This document shows, piece after piece, positions 34,941 to 46,495 of a stretch of 64,000 nucleotides of DNA. This DNA comes from Octopus sinensis. Taxonomy: Eukaryota. Position numbers and translations under genes: made by a program. Positions within the stretch are counted from its first letter, which is position 1. Each line of letters opens with the position of its first letter. The stretch is taken from assembly GCF_006345805.1 (NCBI RefSeq), contig NW_021824835.1, forward strand, positions 1 through 64,000. Reading direction: 5' to 3'. The notes beneath the pieces were generated by a model. That model saw only the letters and a list, made by a program, of their open reading frames with translations. It ran no database searches and was not told the DNA's origin.

Positions 34941-37922
34941 ATCACCTTGATCACCTTGACCGACCAGTCCGTCGGGTGTCCATTTGACACCGCTGGTCAC
35001 AGCACGCTGTCCACTCCTCTCTGGATCGCGCCTTTCTCATCCAAGTGATCCCAATCGTCCTCCTGAAATCGTAACTCCACCGTCGTGGAGGTCTTCCGGG
35101 TGGTCTTTTCCGCTCGCGCGGGTACCACTCGACAACTGCGTGCGTCCACCGATTATCGGTGAGCCGGGCGACGTGTCCAACCCATCTATACTTGCTGCGT
35201 GTATACTCTGCGATGACATCTCTCACGCCGGACTTCTTTCTGATGATCTCGCTACTTATGTGCTCTCTCAACGAGATACCAAGCATTGACCTTTGCTCTT
35301 CTCTCTTTATGGTAGCCCGTGTTTCACTACCATATAACATTGCAAGCAGAACCGCACTGTTAATGAGGTTGGCGCGGGTGGTCCTGTCCAACCTTCCCTT
35401 GAGCGCATCCCTTATGCCATTGAACGCCTTCCATCCGGCCCTTACTCTCCGTGAGATCTCCTTTTCGATATCTCGGCACATATTTACTTCCTGTCCCAGG
35501 TAGACATATTCCCTTACCTCCTCTATTTCATCACTGCCGATCACCATTCGACCTGTTGGTACGTTGTCTGACCGCATGAACTTTGTTTTCATGCGGTTTA
35601 TCTTGAGACCTTCTGCAGAGCTTTTGATGTCGAGCTCCGTCAGCATGGTCTGAAGCTGATCCGTGTTTTCAGCGATGAGTACGATGTCGTCAGCGAAACG
35701 GGGGTGACAGAGGAGCTCGCCATTGATGTTGACACCACCTTGCCAGTCGATGCCTCTGATGATCTGTTCGAGACATGCAGTGAAAAGTTTTGGGGAGATT
35801 GTATCTCCTTGCTTCACCCCCTTCTCGACCGGCACTCGTACGGGTGATGACAGTAGAGCTTTGTCGGTGGTGCATCCGGAATTTGCCTCTCTGAGCAGCT
35901 GCACATATTGCGCTTCGACTCCTTGCCTCTGCAGCGAGTTCAGCACTGCGTTGGTTTCGATGCTATCGAAGGCCTTCTCATAATCTATGAACGCAACGCA
36001 AAGAGGCAGCTTGTACTCATTTGCTCGCTCAAGCAGTTGCGTTAGAGTAAATATATGGTCCATCGTGCTGTAGTTCTTCCTGAATCCTGCTTGTTCCCTC
36101 GGTTGTTGTTCGTCGAGACGACGTGATAACCTGTTCAGAATTATCTTCGTGAACAGCTTGTACACGTAAGACAGGAGGCATATGGGTCGGTAGTTCTTTA
36201 GATCTTCTCTGTCGCCCTTCTTATGCAGCAAGATGGTATTTGACTCTTTCCACTGCGAGGGAATTCTTCCCTCGTCTAGATAGTGCGTAAATCGCTCGGC
36301 GAGGATTTTCCAGAGCTGCTCTCTGCCTGACTTTAGCACCTCCGATGTTACACCGTCTTTCTCTGGAGTCTTTGCGTTTTTCATCGAGCCTATGGCTCTT
36401 TCAACCTCACTGACAAGGATAGGTGGCACGTTTTCTTCCTGTTGGAGTGGTGGTAACAGCTGGATATTTCTGGTAGACTTAAAGATCTTGGTGTAGAAGT
36501 CTTCGCAAACTGTTTCCATCTCGCTCTTCTCGTTGACCGGTATTCCATCTGTATTTTTCAGGGCCGTCACTTCCGATCTATATAGTACCATGTCCCTCTT
36601 GCATTTCTTGAGGCTCTTCTTTTCCTCTGCGGCTTTCAAGAGCTTCTCCATCCGGTATGCCTCAAAGTCTTTCTTTAGTTGCTGACGAATCACTCTGCTG
36701 AGAATGGAATGTTCAAGGTGATCTTCAATAGTCCTCTTCATATTTTTCCTCTTCTCGAGTAACTTCGTAGTTTCTTCCGAGATTCTTCCCTTCTTTTCTC
36801 TTGGGCATACTCCCTTAGCCTTCCTTAAACACTCCTTCAGTTTCCCTATCAGTGAGTTGTAGTCATCGTCTATGTCATCTCCTTGGCACCAGTCTTCCTG
36901 CATGATGGCTTCCTGCAGCTTTGCCTCGTTGTAGACTCGGACACGTTTTCCCTTCGACGCCAAATATAGCGCCATCTTCTCTCTCTTCCCGTCGATGACG
37001 ACCCTCGCCCTTACCAGACGATGATCGCTGCCGGTGTTGAATGGCGTCACGACGGAGACGTCATGTAATATGCGTCGCTTATCAACCAGGATGTAGTCGA
37101 TCTCGCTTCGGTGCTTAGAGTTCGGCGATATCCAAGTCCATCTCTTCCTCTCCCTCTTTCTGAATAGGCTGTTTCCGATGTAGAGCTGCCTCGCCTATGC
37201 CATGGTAGCCAAACGTTCTCCTCTCTCGTTTCTCACTCCCATGCCAAATCTCCCGATGTACTCCTCTCCTTGTCGTCTATGTCCAACCTTTGCGTTGAAG
37301 TCTCCCATCACGACAGTGTAAGTGGACTTCATAGCCAGCCCTTTGTCTAGTTGTCGATAGAATTCTTCCACCTCGTCGTCGTCGCTGGCACTTGTGGGAG
37401 CATACGTCTGGACAATCTTGAGGGTGACCTTCCCTGAGAGGTTCACATTTAGTACACCAATGTGTGATGATATGAAGTGGCAAGAAGCGACCCTAGAAGC
37501 CCATTCCTTACTTACGATGAATCCGATACCCTCGACCGATCTAGCACCTTCTGCTCTCCCTAATCTCACAGTGCATCCATCTTGCCATCGTATACCCGCT
37601 TCCTTCTTCCAGCGTGTCTCGCACAGCCCTGACACGTCGCACCTAATCTTCTTCCTATCCTCCATTAGATGGTTCAGTTCTTGCCACCCTGCCATGGACC
37701 TGCAGTTGTAGGTGCATATGGCAAGTTTAGTCCTATTCCATGACGGCCCTCGGGAACCTGTGATTCTTAGCAGCCTCTCATCGCTCGAGTTGCACTCCGC
37801 CGTCATGGAGTGGCCCGATTGACATGCAGTGTACTGAGGCCCTTTTCCTTTTCTCTTTGTTCTTCGTGCAGGCCGGTATTTTGTTGGATGGCCGTTGACT
37901 ATTCAGGAGTTCATCCGCCCTT
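34941..37922 (-). mobile_element. RTE-clade non-LTR retrotransposon, near full length
   Basis: Single APE+RT frame. The 3' end carries a tandem CAAGGTGAT x2 tail (34941-34958) and is embedded in TA-rich microsatellite. Visibly GC-richer than the flanks. Confidence 0.95.
34951..37806 (-). pseudogene. RTE ORF (AP endonuclease + reverse transcriptase), 952 codons with one internal TAG at 37195-37197
   Basis: TYNCRS, GLCETR, GIGFIV, VQTYAPT, MGDFNAKVG, WTWISP, EIDYIL, SDHRLV; RT: NYRPICLLS, EQAGFR, FIDYEKAFDS, GVKQGDTISPKLF, RFADDIVL, YVYLG. ORFs 37195..37806 and 34951..37050 are in the same frame (offset 756 nt), and the intervening codons are open. Confidence 0.93.
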
Positions 37923-37944
37923 ACACATATATACATCTACAATA

Positions 37945-37974
37945 TATATATATAAATAAGTATGTATGTATATA

Positions 37975-38013
<39 letters not shown>

Positions 38014-38076
38014 TATATAATATATATATATATATATACTATATAATATATATATATATTACATATATATATATAT

Positions 38077-38138
<62 letters not shown>

Positions 38139-38151
38139 TATACATATATAT

Positions 38152-38185
<34 letters not shown>

Positions 38186-38249
38186 CATATATAGATATAA
38201 TATATATATACAATATATATATATATAATTATATAACATATATATATAT

Positions 38250-38283
<34 letters not shown>

Positions 38284-38285
38284 CA

Positions 38286-38334
<49 letters not shown>

Positions 38335-38432
38335 CATATATATATATAATATATACATATATATATATATATATATTATATATATAATATATATATTATA
38401 TATATATATATATATATAATATATATATATAT
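37945..38432. repeat. Imperfect (TA)n tract, about 490 bp
   Basis: Directly visible. Confidence 0.95.
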
Positions 38433-38434
38433 GT

Positions 38435-38777
38435 ACAATTGCAGCGTGGAAGGTGTTTATAAGCCATTTAAGAAACACACAAAACCGTAGATTCACTTCA
38501 ACATTTAAATTTAATTTGTCAAAGTATTTTCGTCGCTTTGAGACCGCAACCTGTTCACTGACGAAACTCTTGCTGCATCTTCTTGCTGCATCTTCTTGCT
38601 GCAGCAAGAAGTTTCGTCAGTGAACAGGTTGCGGTCTCAAAGCGACGAAAATACTTTGACAAATTAACGGTTTTGTGTGTTTCTTAAATGGCTTATAAAC
38701 ATCTTCCACGCTGCAATTGTTTTCGTTCCAGCACACGATCTCAGATCAAGTCACTCGCTATGCAAGTACATCTCCGT
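38435..38777. mobile_element. PLE-like terminal sequence arranged as a loop-less foldback (38435-38720) within (TA)n
   Basis: Symmetry centre TCTTGCTG|CAGCAAGA (38594-38609). The left arm has an extra 23 nt (38489-38511) and two extra 13-mers (38568-38593). Each arm carries a hammerhead-like fold. Confidence 0.8.
38613..38663 (+). ncRNA. Hammerhead-like three-way junction with G3:C8-swapped core (mirror copy on minus strand about 38515-38565)
   Basis: Stem I GTCA/TGAC (extendable); core GTGAACA; extra G; stem II GTTGC/GCGAC; GAAA-ATAC-TT. Confidence 0.5.
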
Positions 38778-39389
38778 AATATATATATATATTTATTATT
38801 TATATTATTATATGATTGACCGCCACGCAGCCTCTTCCACGTAAGATTTATCTACATATATACATACATACATATATACATCTACAATAAATACATGTGT
38901 ATACACATACATATATACATATAAAATACATAAATACATACCTACATACCTACATACATACTTGTAGAGATGAGCAAATAAAAAAAAACCTTTCTTGCCA
39001 TTGATTTTTCAAGCCCCATTGTGAAGTCTGACACTAATGCTTGGGTGTCACGTGTGACACTCCCAACCACAACTGCCACCATCACACAACCCACACATAC
39101 TCTCGTTCTCGTATACAAATATATACACAACACTCCTCACTTTCTTCATCTTTTCTGTCACACATACGCACACACACACACTCATACACACAGACACACT
39201 CGCACAGTACTCTCTTCTCTCCTCCCCATAAACACATTTTTATAGAAAAGGACGCAAATAATATTGTCTTTCTTTGTATGTATTTGTTTGTATGAATCTC
39301 TCCCCTCTCTCTATCTTTCCCCCCTCTCTCTCTCTAACTATCTATCTATTTGTCAGTCTCTCTCTGTCTATCTCTCTCTCTTCCTCTAG

Positions 39390-39423
<34 letters not shown>

Positions 39424-40290
39424 GTCTATCTATCAATTTTTCTGTCTGTCTGTCTCTCTGCCTCTGGCTCTGTCTGTCTCTCTATGTATATATCTGTGTG
39501 TATGTGTGTGTGTAGATGCAAAAACAACTTTCTCTTTTCCAAAAAGCACATAGACACATTCACACACAATACTATTTGTCGCTTTCTCTCTCTCTCTATC
39601 TCTCTCTATGTACCTCTCCCCCTCTCTCTTTAACTACACTGAACTTAATTTGGAAATGATGTTGTGCTGTGACTACCACTACCACTACCACTACCATCCG
39701 TCCGATGTCATTGTCTTCCCGACCCCCCCCCACCACCATCACCACCGGATCTTTTGCTCAGTTTCCTTGTTATAAGGTCAAATCACCCGAAACCCTCAGA
39801 CCCTTCCTCCTCCATCACCACCACTATCACCACATCCACCCCCTTTTCTCTACTTGACTCCTGACGTTAAAGGTCATTTGAACCTTGGGAGTTTATTTAC
39901 TCCATCTGTTTTTGGAGGAAAGGGACCCTTTCCCACCACCACCACTAAACAATAAATAAGTATATGAAAAATTAATCCCTGACAGACCTCTTCCCCTATA
40001 AAGACTTCAAAGTAGCGATCCCTTTTTGTGAGGAGAGTGATAGGTTTGTAGGGGAGGGTAACCCTGATCACTACCGTCTTTCGATGAAGCGTATGTCTAA
40101 ATAATATCTTCCTTTTCTGAGAAGTGGAGTGGCTTGCTGGTCAAGTCGTTTTCGACCGGGTTTCATATGACCCTTGGTGGGGTCAATATAAGCTTTTGCT
40201 ATTAAAGCTTATGTGCAATAAATCGGTCATGCTTGCACAATACGCAAAATACCTTCACAATTTTTCAAATACAATTCCAAATAATATTTA

Positions 40291-40449
40291 GAGGCGTGGC
40301 TGTGTGGTAAGAAGTTTGCTTACCAACCACACGGTTCCGGGTTCAGTCCCACTGCGTGGCACTTTGGGCAAGTGTTTTCTACTATAGTCTCGGGTCGACC
40401 AAGCCTTGTGATTGAATTTGGTAGACGGAAACTGAAAGAACCTCGTCGC

Positions 40450-40484
<35 letters not shown>

Positions 40485-40772
40485 GTGTGTGTGTGGTGTG
40501 TGTGTGCGTGCGTGCGTGCGTGTGTGTATGTATGTGTATGCATGTGTGTGTATGTCTTTGTACCTGTGTTTGTACCGCCCACCATCGCTTGACAACAGAT
40601 GTTGGTGTGTTTACGTCCCCGTCACCTAGCGTTTCAGCAAGAGACCGATAGAGCAAATACTAGGCTTACAAAGAATAAAAACTGGGGGCGATTTGTTCGG
40701 CTAAAACCCTTTAAGGTAGTGCTCGAGCATGGCAGCAGTCAAATGTCTGAAGCTAGTAAAAGATTAAAAGAA
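40291..40772 (+). mobile_element. SINE family B, full length, internal (TG)n
   Basis: GGCGTGGCTGTGTGGTAAG..GGGTTCAGTCCC..GGCACTTTGGGCAAGTG..tail. Confidence 0.88.
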
Positions 40773-41034
40773 AACCCCAATACAAATATAAGAAGGATGT
40801 TTAACCATTGAATGACTACGGAAGGCTACCTGAAAATGAGTATCCACAGGTAAAAAATTTGGTTGAGAAACAGTCGTATAATTAGACCTAGATTCAAAGG
40901 TGTTCTAGTTGGGACTTTATCTAATGGGTCCTTTGTTTATTTAATTCAATGCAAAGTGCGTTGAGGGTAATTTAGCTGCTATTTCTTGCAGATAGCCGCC
41001 ATATCTTCCTCAAATCACAGCTTATTGTGTTAAA

Positions 41035-41519
41035 CAATGGTTTTCAACCCCTTTTTTTTTACCTTCGAACCCCTTTGATTCCTGTTTTACGAGGATGGAC
41101 CCTCAGCCATTCGATGTTTAAAAACTCCCTTTATTTTTTTATAATTAAATATTCTTTTCTACTCTAGGCACAAGGCTTGAAATTTTGGGGGAGGTGGCCA
41201 GTCGATTAGATTGATCCCAGTACACAACTGGTACTTAATTTATCAACCCTGAAAGGATGAAAGGCAAAGTCGACCTCGGCGGAATTTGAACTCAGAACGT
41301 AAAGACAGACGAAATACCGCTATGCATTTCACCCGACGTGCTAATGATTCTGCCAGCTCGCCGCCTTTTTATAATTAAATATTGTTAGGAATTGTATAAA
41401 AAGATGCTAAAATATTTTGTGCAATGTAGAAGTATAACCGATTTATTGCAAATGAATTTTAACGACAAAATCTACCATGGACTCCAAAGAGTCGCATTGA
41501 CCCCGGTTGAGAATCACTA
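41035..41519. mobile_element. hAT-type MITE (interrupted by a SINE)
   Basis: TIRs CAATGGTTTTCAACC / GGTTGAGAATCACTA. Candidate 8-bp TSD GTGTTAAA / (A)TGTTAAA. Confidence 0.7.
41154..41365 (-). mobile_element. SINE family A, full length, with TSD
   Basis: TSD TTTTTATAATTAAATATT at 41136-41153 and 41366-41383. Confidence 0.92.
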
Positions 41520-42164
41520 TGTTAAAATAAAGGACACGTTCATTGATATCACCCTACACTGTATCTGAAAATAAGGTCTTCTAAGTATTAACCTGCACAG
41601 AGCTAATCTGCAGCTACAGAAATACAACAAACCTCACAGTTCTTCATCGTCTTTCGGACAGCTGAACTCTCAGGCAGGATTTGGTCTTATGTTGGCATAT
41701 CGAAATTAGTTCGGTTTTATTTTATTTTTAAAGTTTGCTTAAGATTACAAATACAACTGGATTTCTCTGCATGAAAGAATTCACGACACTTCGTCAGTTT
41801 CTAAACACTTGTGCTTTATGTAAAACTATTCATGTAATTTTTGTGATCATTTTCTTTCCTCTTGTACAAAAGTACGACGTTGCATCCCAATTTTTTAACC
41901 GACCTCATGTGCGAATATTATCTATACCTATACCTCCTCTATATCTATCTACCTATCTATTCTTCAATGTTTCTTTCTCCCTCTCCCCCTTCTCTCTCTC
42001 TCTCTCTCTCAGCTTATCTCTGCTTATATACTATCTAAATACTCTTTCTATTCCCATCTCTTTCTCTCTCTTCTGTCAGAGTGTGTATATATATTCATAC
42101 AAACCCACCTACCTATATACATACGCTATATACATACACACACACACACATACACACACACACA

Positions 42165-42225
<61 letters not shown>

Positions 42226-42277
42226 GTATGTATATATATGTGTGTGTGTGTGAATGAATGAACACACGCACACACAC

Positions 42278-42376
<99 letters not shown>

Positions 42377-42719
42377 AACGAACACACACACGCACACATA
42401 CACACACAAACAGAAACACACTCACATATCAAACACTTGTTTTTTATAAGTTTCTAAATATTTTCACAAGAGAAGGAGAAAAAAAGAAGAAAGAAAAGAA
42501 AAAGAAGTGACTTTCCCTTTTCAGAAACCAGATAGAGATGCATCACAGATATGGCTGGTTCCATCATATTTACCTTTTTAGATGATTATTCTACGATATT
42601 CGATAATCGAGATGTTATTGACACAGCCAAGTAGAACATTTATTCTCTGTCAACAGACAGCGAGGAGCCGCCAAACGTCGCCAGGGGATGTATTTACGAA
42701 ATCATTTACTTTCTGCGTT

Positions 42720-42920
42720 ATCATCATCGTCGTCGTCGTCGTCATCATCATCATCATCATCATCATCATCACGTTCTTCGTGATTATTATAATCCTTTCT
42801 TCTTCTTCTTCTTCTTCTTCTTCTTCTTCTTCTTCTTCTTCTTCTTCTTCTTCTTCTTCTTCTTCTTCTTCTTCTTCTTCTCCTCCTCCTCCTTCTCCTT
42901 CTTATTATTATTACCATTAT
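42720..42920. repeat. Compound trinucleotide tract (ATC/GTC/TTC/TCC/TTA)
   Basis: Directly visible. Confidence 0.9.
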
Positions 42921-42969
42921 TATTTGTGGTAGAAGTAATAGTAGCAATAAATAAACAAATAAAAACACC

Positions 42970-43135
42970 GGCGAAAACATTCGTCGCTGCGTTCTGAATT
43001 CAAATTCCGCCGACGTCGACTTTATCTTTCATCCTTTGGGTGTCGATTAAGTAAGTACCAGTTGAACTCTGGGGTCGATGTAATCAACTCATCCCCTCCC
43101 GAAAAGTTTCTGCCCTTGTGGCAAAATTCGAACTC
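42970..43135 (+). mobile_element. SINE family A, 5'-truncated, third tail type
   Basis: GAATTCAAATTCCGCCGACGTCGACTTTATCTTTCATCC..TGCCCTTGTGGCAAAATTCGAA. Confidence 0.75.
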
Positions 43136-43530
43136 ACATTATTATCATCATCATTATTATTAGTAGTAGTAGTTATGGTAGTAGTAGTTATTTTTATTTT
43201 CATTCTTTTATGTTTCGTTTTCATCGTTATCATCATTCCTTCACGCTCCAGACGACAAATGCATAAATTAAGAAGCATTCGACTTCCCCAAGCATTTGAT
43301 TGTCAGCTAAGAGTCATTTACACACAAACGGACACATTCTCTTATGATGATGATGATGATGATGATGATGAAGGTGGTGGGGTGGGGGTGGGAGTGGGGG
43401 TGGGGGTGGGGGGTGATGATGATGGCTACAGGTGCGATTCAGACAGTTTCCATTCAACAACATAAATCGCAATAGACTTACTGCTGCCAACACCACTTAT
43501 GGCACCTTATCACTAATGTGTGTGTGTGTG

Positions 43531-43843
43531 AAGGTGCATGGCTCAGTGGTTAAAGCGTCGGCTCACAATCATGAGGTCGTGAGTTCAATTTCCGAACCGG
43601 GCTGTGTGTTGTGTTCTTTGGCAAGACAGTTTATTTCACGTTACTCCAGACGTCACTGGTGCCAAATTCCATCGGACTTTGCCTTTTCATTGGATAACAT
43701 CTGTGGCGGGGAGACATGATGCTGGGATGCCTGGGCGACCGCTGGTCTTCCATAAAACAACCTTGCCCGGACTTGTGCCTCAGAGGGGAACTTTGTAGGT
43801 GAAATCCCATGGTCATTCATGACTGATGGAGGTCTTTAACCCT
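43531..43843 (+). mobile_element. SINE family C (tRNA-derived)
   Basis: A box TGGCTCAGTGGT (43539-43550), B box GAGTTCAATTTCC (43581-43593), followed by GTGTTCTTTGGCAAGACAG and a non-tRNA body. Confidence 0.75.
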
Positions 43844-44019
43844 TATATATATATATATGAATTTGTAAAACAAAGAAGATGAAATGAACAAGCTTTAATC
43901 ACAAATCCCAACAATTGTTTCTGTGCAATGTAACATATGTTAGTTGCTGCGTTTTCCATATAGAATTACATAAATAGTATTATGGTAGCCGTTAACAGTA
44001 GTAAAGCGTGGAAACACTC

Positions 44020-44075
<56 letters not shown>

Positions 44076-44261
44076 TGTGTGTGTGTGTGTGGAACAAAAG
44101 CGCAATAGAGGGAATTAAGACGTTCGGACAGATAGACGACACAAAGGTGGACAAGAGAAACAACAATTAGAAGGACAGGCAAAAAAGACGAGTCATTCTT
44201 GGCTTTCTTTCACCAGTCAAGTCCCAGAAGTCACGACCATTTTGGGCAGTTACACTTGAGG

Positions 44262-44345
44262 TGGTTCGATCTGGTGCTTAATTTATCGACCCCGAAAGGA
44301 TGAAAGAGAAAGTTAAATTCGGTGAAATTTGAACTCAAAACGTCA
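44262..44345 (-). mobile_element. SINE family A central fragment
   Basis: TTATCGACCCCGAAAGGATGAAAG..TTTGAACTC. Confidence 0.7.
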
Positions 44346-44357
44346 ATATGAAACTTT

Positions 44358-44635
44358 CTGAGTGTATTTGGTAGACGAAAACTAAAATATGTGTGTGTGT
44401 TCTGTCTGTCTATGTTTGTCCACCACCACCGCTTGACGACTACTATAGGTGTGTGTATTCACCCCTGTAACTTAACAGTTCGGCAGAAAAGAAAAAAAAC
44501 TCCAAAAGCGATACAATAAATACCAGGCTTTAAAAAAAATAAGTAAATAAATAAATACTGGAGCCGATTCTTTCGACTAAAATTTTTCAAGGCGGTGCTC
44601 CAGTATGGCCGCAATCTAATGAGTGAACTAAAAGA
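44358..44635 (+). mobile_element. SINE family B, 3' part, diverged
   Basis: TTTGGTAGACGAAAACT..TTCGACTAA..AGGCGGTGCTCCAGTATGGCCGC. Confidence 0.7.
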
Positions 44636-45122
44636 TATACATATACACACTCACATATTTTGTATTGTGTGTATGTGTGTGTAAATTAGGAAGTATCGCT
44701 GTGAGTAGGAAAGACTCTTTAGAAATTCTGACTTGTTCGTTTTACTCGCTTCATTTAACTTCAATTATAGTCATAACTTCCTCTGAGTAATACCGATTAT
44801 ATATATATCTATATATTCAATAGTCACTGGTAGTTTTTAAGTGCATGTACCCACGTACATACGCATACACACGCACGTATGTATTATACCAGTCATAGTA
44901 AATATTTAGCATGTTGTATACATCTGAATAAACAAGGCGGGTGACACTGAGTTCAGACACTTCAGAAATTTTCTATTGCTCTCCGTGTTTTGTTGGTTTA
45001 TAAATATTGTTGACGTCATAATTATTTCTAGGCTTTCGAGAGAACGTGAAATATTTGTTTGTGGTGGTGGGGAATAGGAGATTTCGAAGCCGATGATAGA
45101 GCTATAATTAATAGCATATAAA

Positions 45123-45303
45123 TTGTGAGTAGATTTGGTAGACGGAAACTAAAAGAAGCCCGTAGTACATAGGTATATATGTATGTATTGTATTTGTGTA
45201 TCTGTGTTAGTCCCCCACACCATCGTTTGATAACCGATGCTGGTGTGTTAACACTCCTGTAATTTAGCGGTTAGGCAAGAGAGACCGATAGAATAAGTAC
45301 TAG
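45123..45303 (+). mobile_element. SINE family B internal fragment
   Basis: TTGTGAGTAGATTTGGTAGACGGAAACT..GACCGATAGAATAAGTACTAG. Confidence 0.75.
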
Positions 45304-45613
45304 TGGATGAACGCCTCAGCATGTTCTCTCCACCAACCGTGGTCTGATGTGGAGGTCATACTGGTTTGACAAACATAACACTCTACTACACTGATTCGAC
45401 ATGGTTTGGCAAAGGGATGCATTTTTTTTTTTTTGTATATACAGATCCGCAAAACAAACGTTTACACACTTCCAGAATGACAATTTCTGTCGACATATTT
45501 AACTTGTAGAAATACTTCATTCGATGGTCTATCAAATTATGATAACACTGGATTATATTTATACAGATTTCTCCTTTCCTGCATTTTTGGGGCGGACTCT
45601 GTATATATTCATG

Positions 45614-45757
45614 CTCAACTGGCACTTATTTTATCGATCCCGAAAGCATGAAAGGCTAATTCGACCTCAGCAGAATTTGAACTCAGAACGTAGCGACGGA
45701 GAAAATACGCAAAGCCTTTCACTCGGCATGCTAACGATTCCGCCAGGTCACCGCCTT
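45614..45757 (-). mobile_element. SINE family A, 5' two-thirds
   Basis: TTATCGATCCCGAAAGCATGAAAGG..GAACTCAGAACG..CAGGTCACCGCCTT. Confidence 0.75.
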
Positions 45758-45811
45758 CGCCGCATATGGATATTGGATTGCAAAAACCCCTTTCGGATTG
45801 AGAAATTCGAT

Positions 45812-45883
45812 GGATTACTTTGTTCCAATGGTAAAACGCTTGTCATGTCATGCGGAGAGGCGGGTTCGAATCTCACTGTCACC
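45812..45883 (+). pseudogene. Degenerate tRNA-like sequence (Asp/GTC-like), pseudogene or SINE head
   Basis: TGTCATGCGGAGAGGCGGGTTCGAATCTC resembles the anticodon-to-T-arm of tRNA-Asp. The acceptor and D stems pair poorly. Confidence 0.3.
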
Positions 45884-46070
45884 TTTCGATATTGTCGATC
45901 CAAAAGGTTTATTTATATGCTATTATCCATCATTTTATCATCTGCTTCGAGTTTCACTATGCCTAACTATATGTTTGTGTGCATGTGTGTGTCTCTCTGT
46001 CTGTGTGAGGATATATATATATATGTGTGTGTGTGTGTATGTGTGTGTGTATGTATATATGTATGTATAT

Positions 46071-46495
46071 ATAGGCACAGGCGTAGCTGTGTGAATAGGC
46101 GCAGGCGTTGCTCTGTTGTAAGTAGCTTACTTCCCCACCTCATGGTTCTGGGTTCAGTCCCACTGCGTAGAACCTTGGGCAAGTGTCTTCCACTACAGCC
46201 TCGAGCCGACCAATGCCTTGTGAGTAGATGTGGTAGACGGAAACTGACAGAAGCCAGTTGTATATATGTATATATGTATGTATTGTAGTTGTGTATCTGT
46301 GTTTGTGCCCCCACTATCGTTTGGTAACCGATGCAGGTGTGTTTACGCCCCTGTAACTTAGCAGTTCAGCAAGAGAGACCGATAGAGTAAGTACTAGGCT
46401 TAAAAAATAAGTCCTGAGCTCGATTTGTTCGACTAAAACCCCTCAAGGCGGTGCCCCAGTATGGTTACAGTCAAATGACTGAAACAAGTAAAAGA

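Noticed and set aside
37807-37922. HDV-like ribozyme in the RTE 5' UTR (known for some RTEs)
   Set aside because: I could not build the nested double pseudoknot by eye; it needs a descriptor search.
37945-38432. Irregular interruptions in (TA)n tracts as a coded pattern
   Set aside because: Consistent with slippage or long-read consensus errors; no reproducible higher-order unit.
43374-43415. G-quadruplex-forming (GGGGT)n tract
   Set aside because: It is a simple repeat within a compound microsatellite; nothing links it to function.
45524-46288. 254-aa ORF
   Set aside because: It reads through SINE A, a tRNA-like relic, microsatellite and SINE B; it is not a gene.
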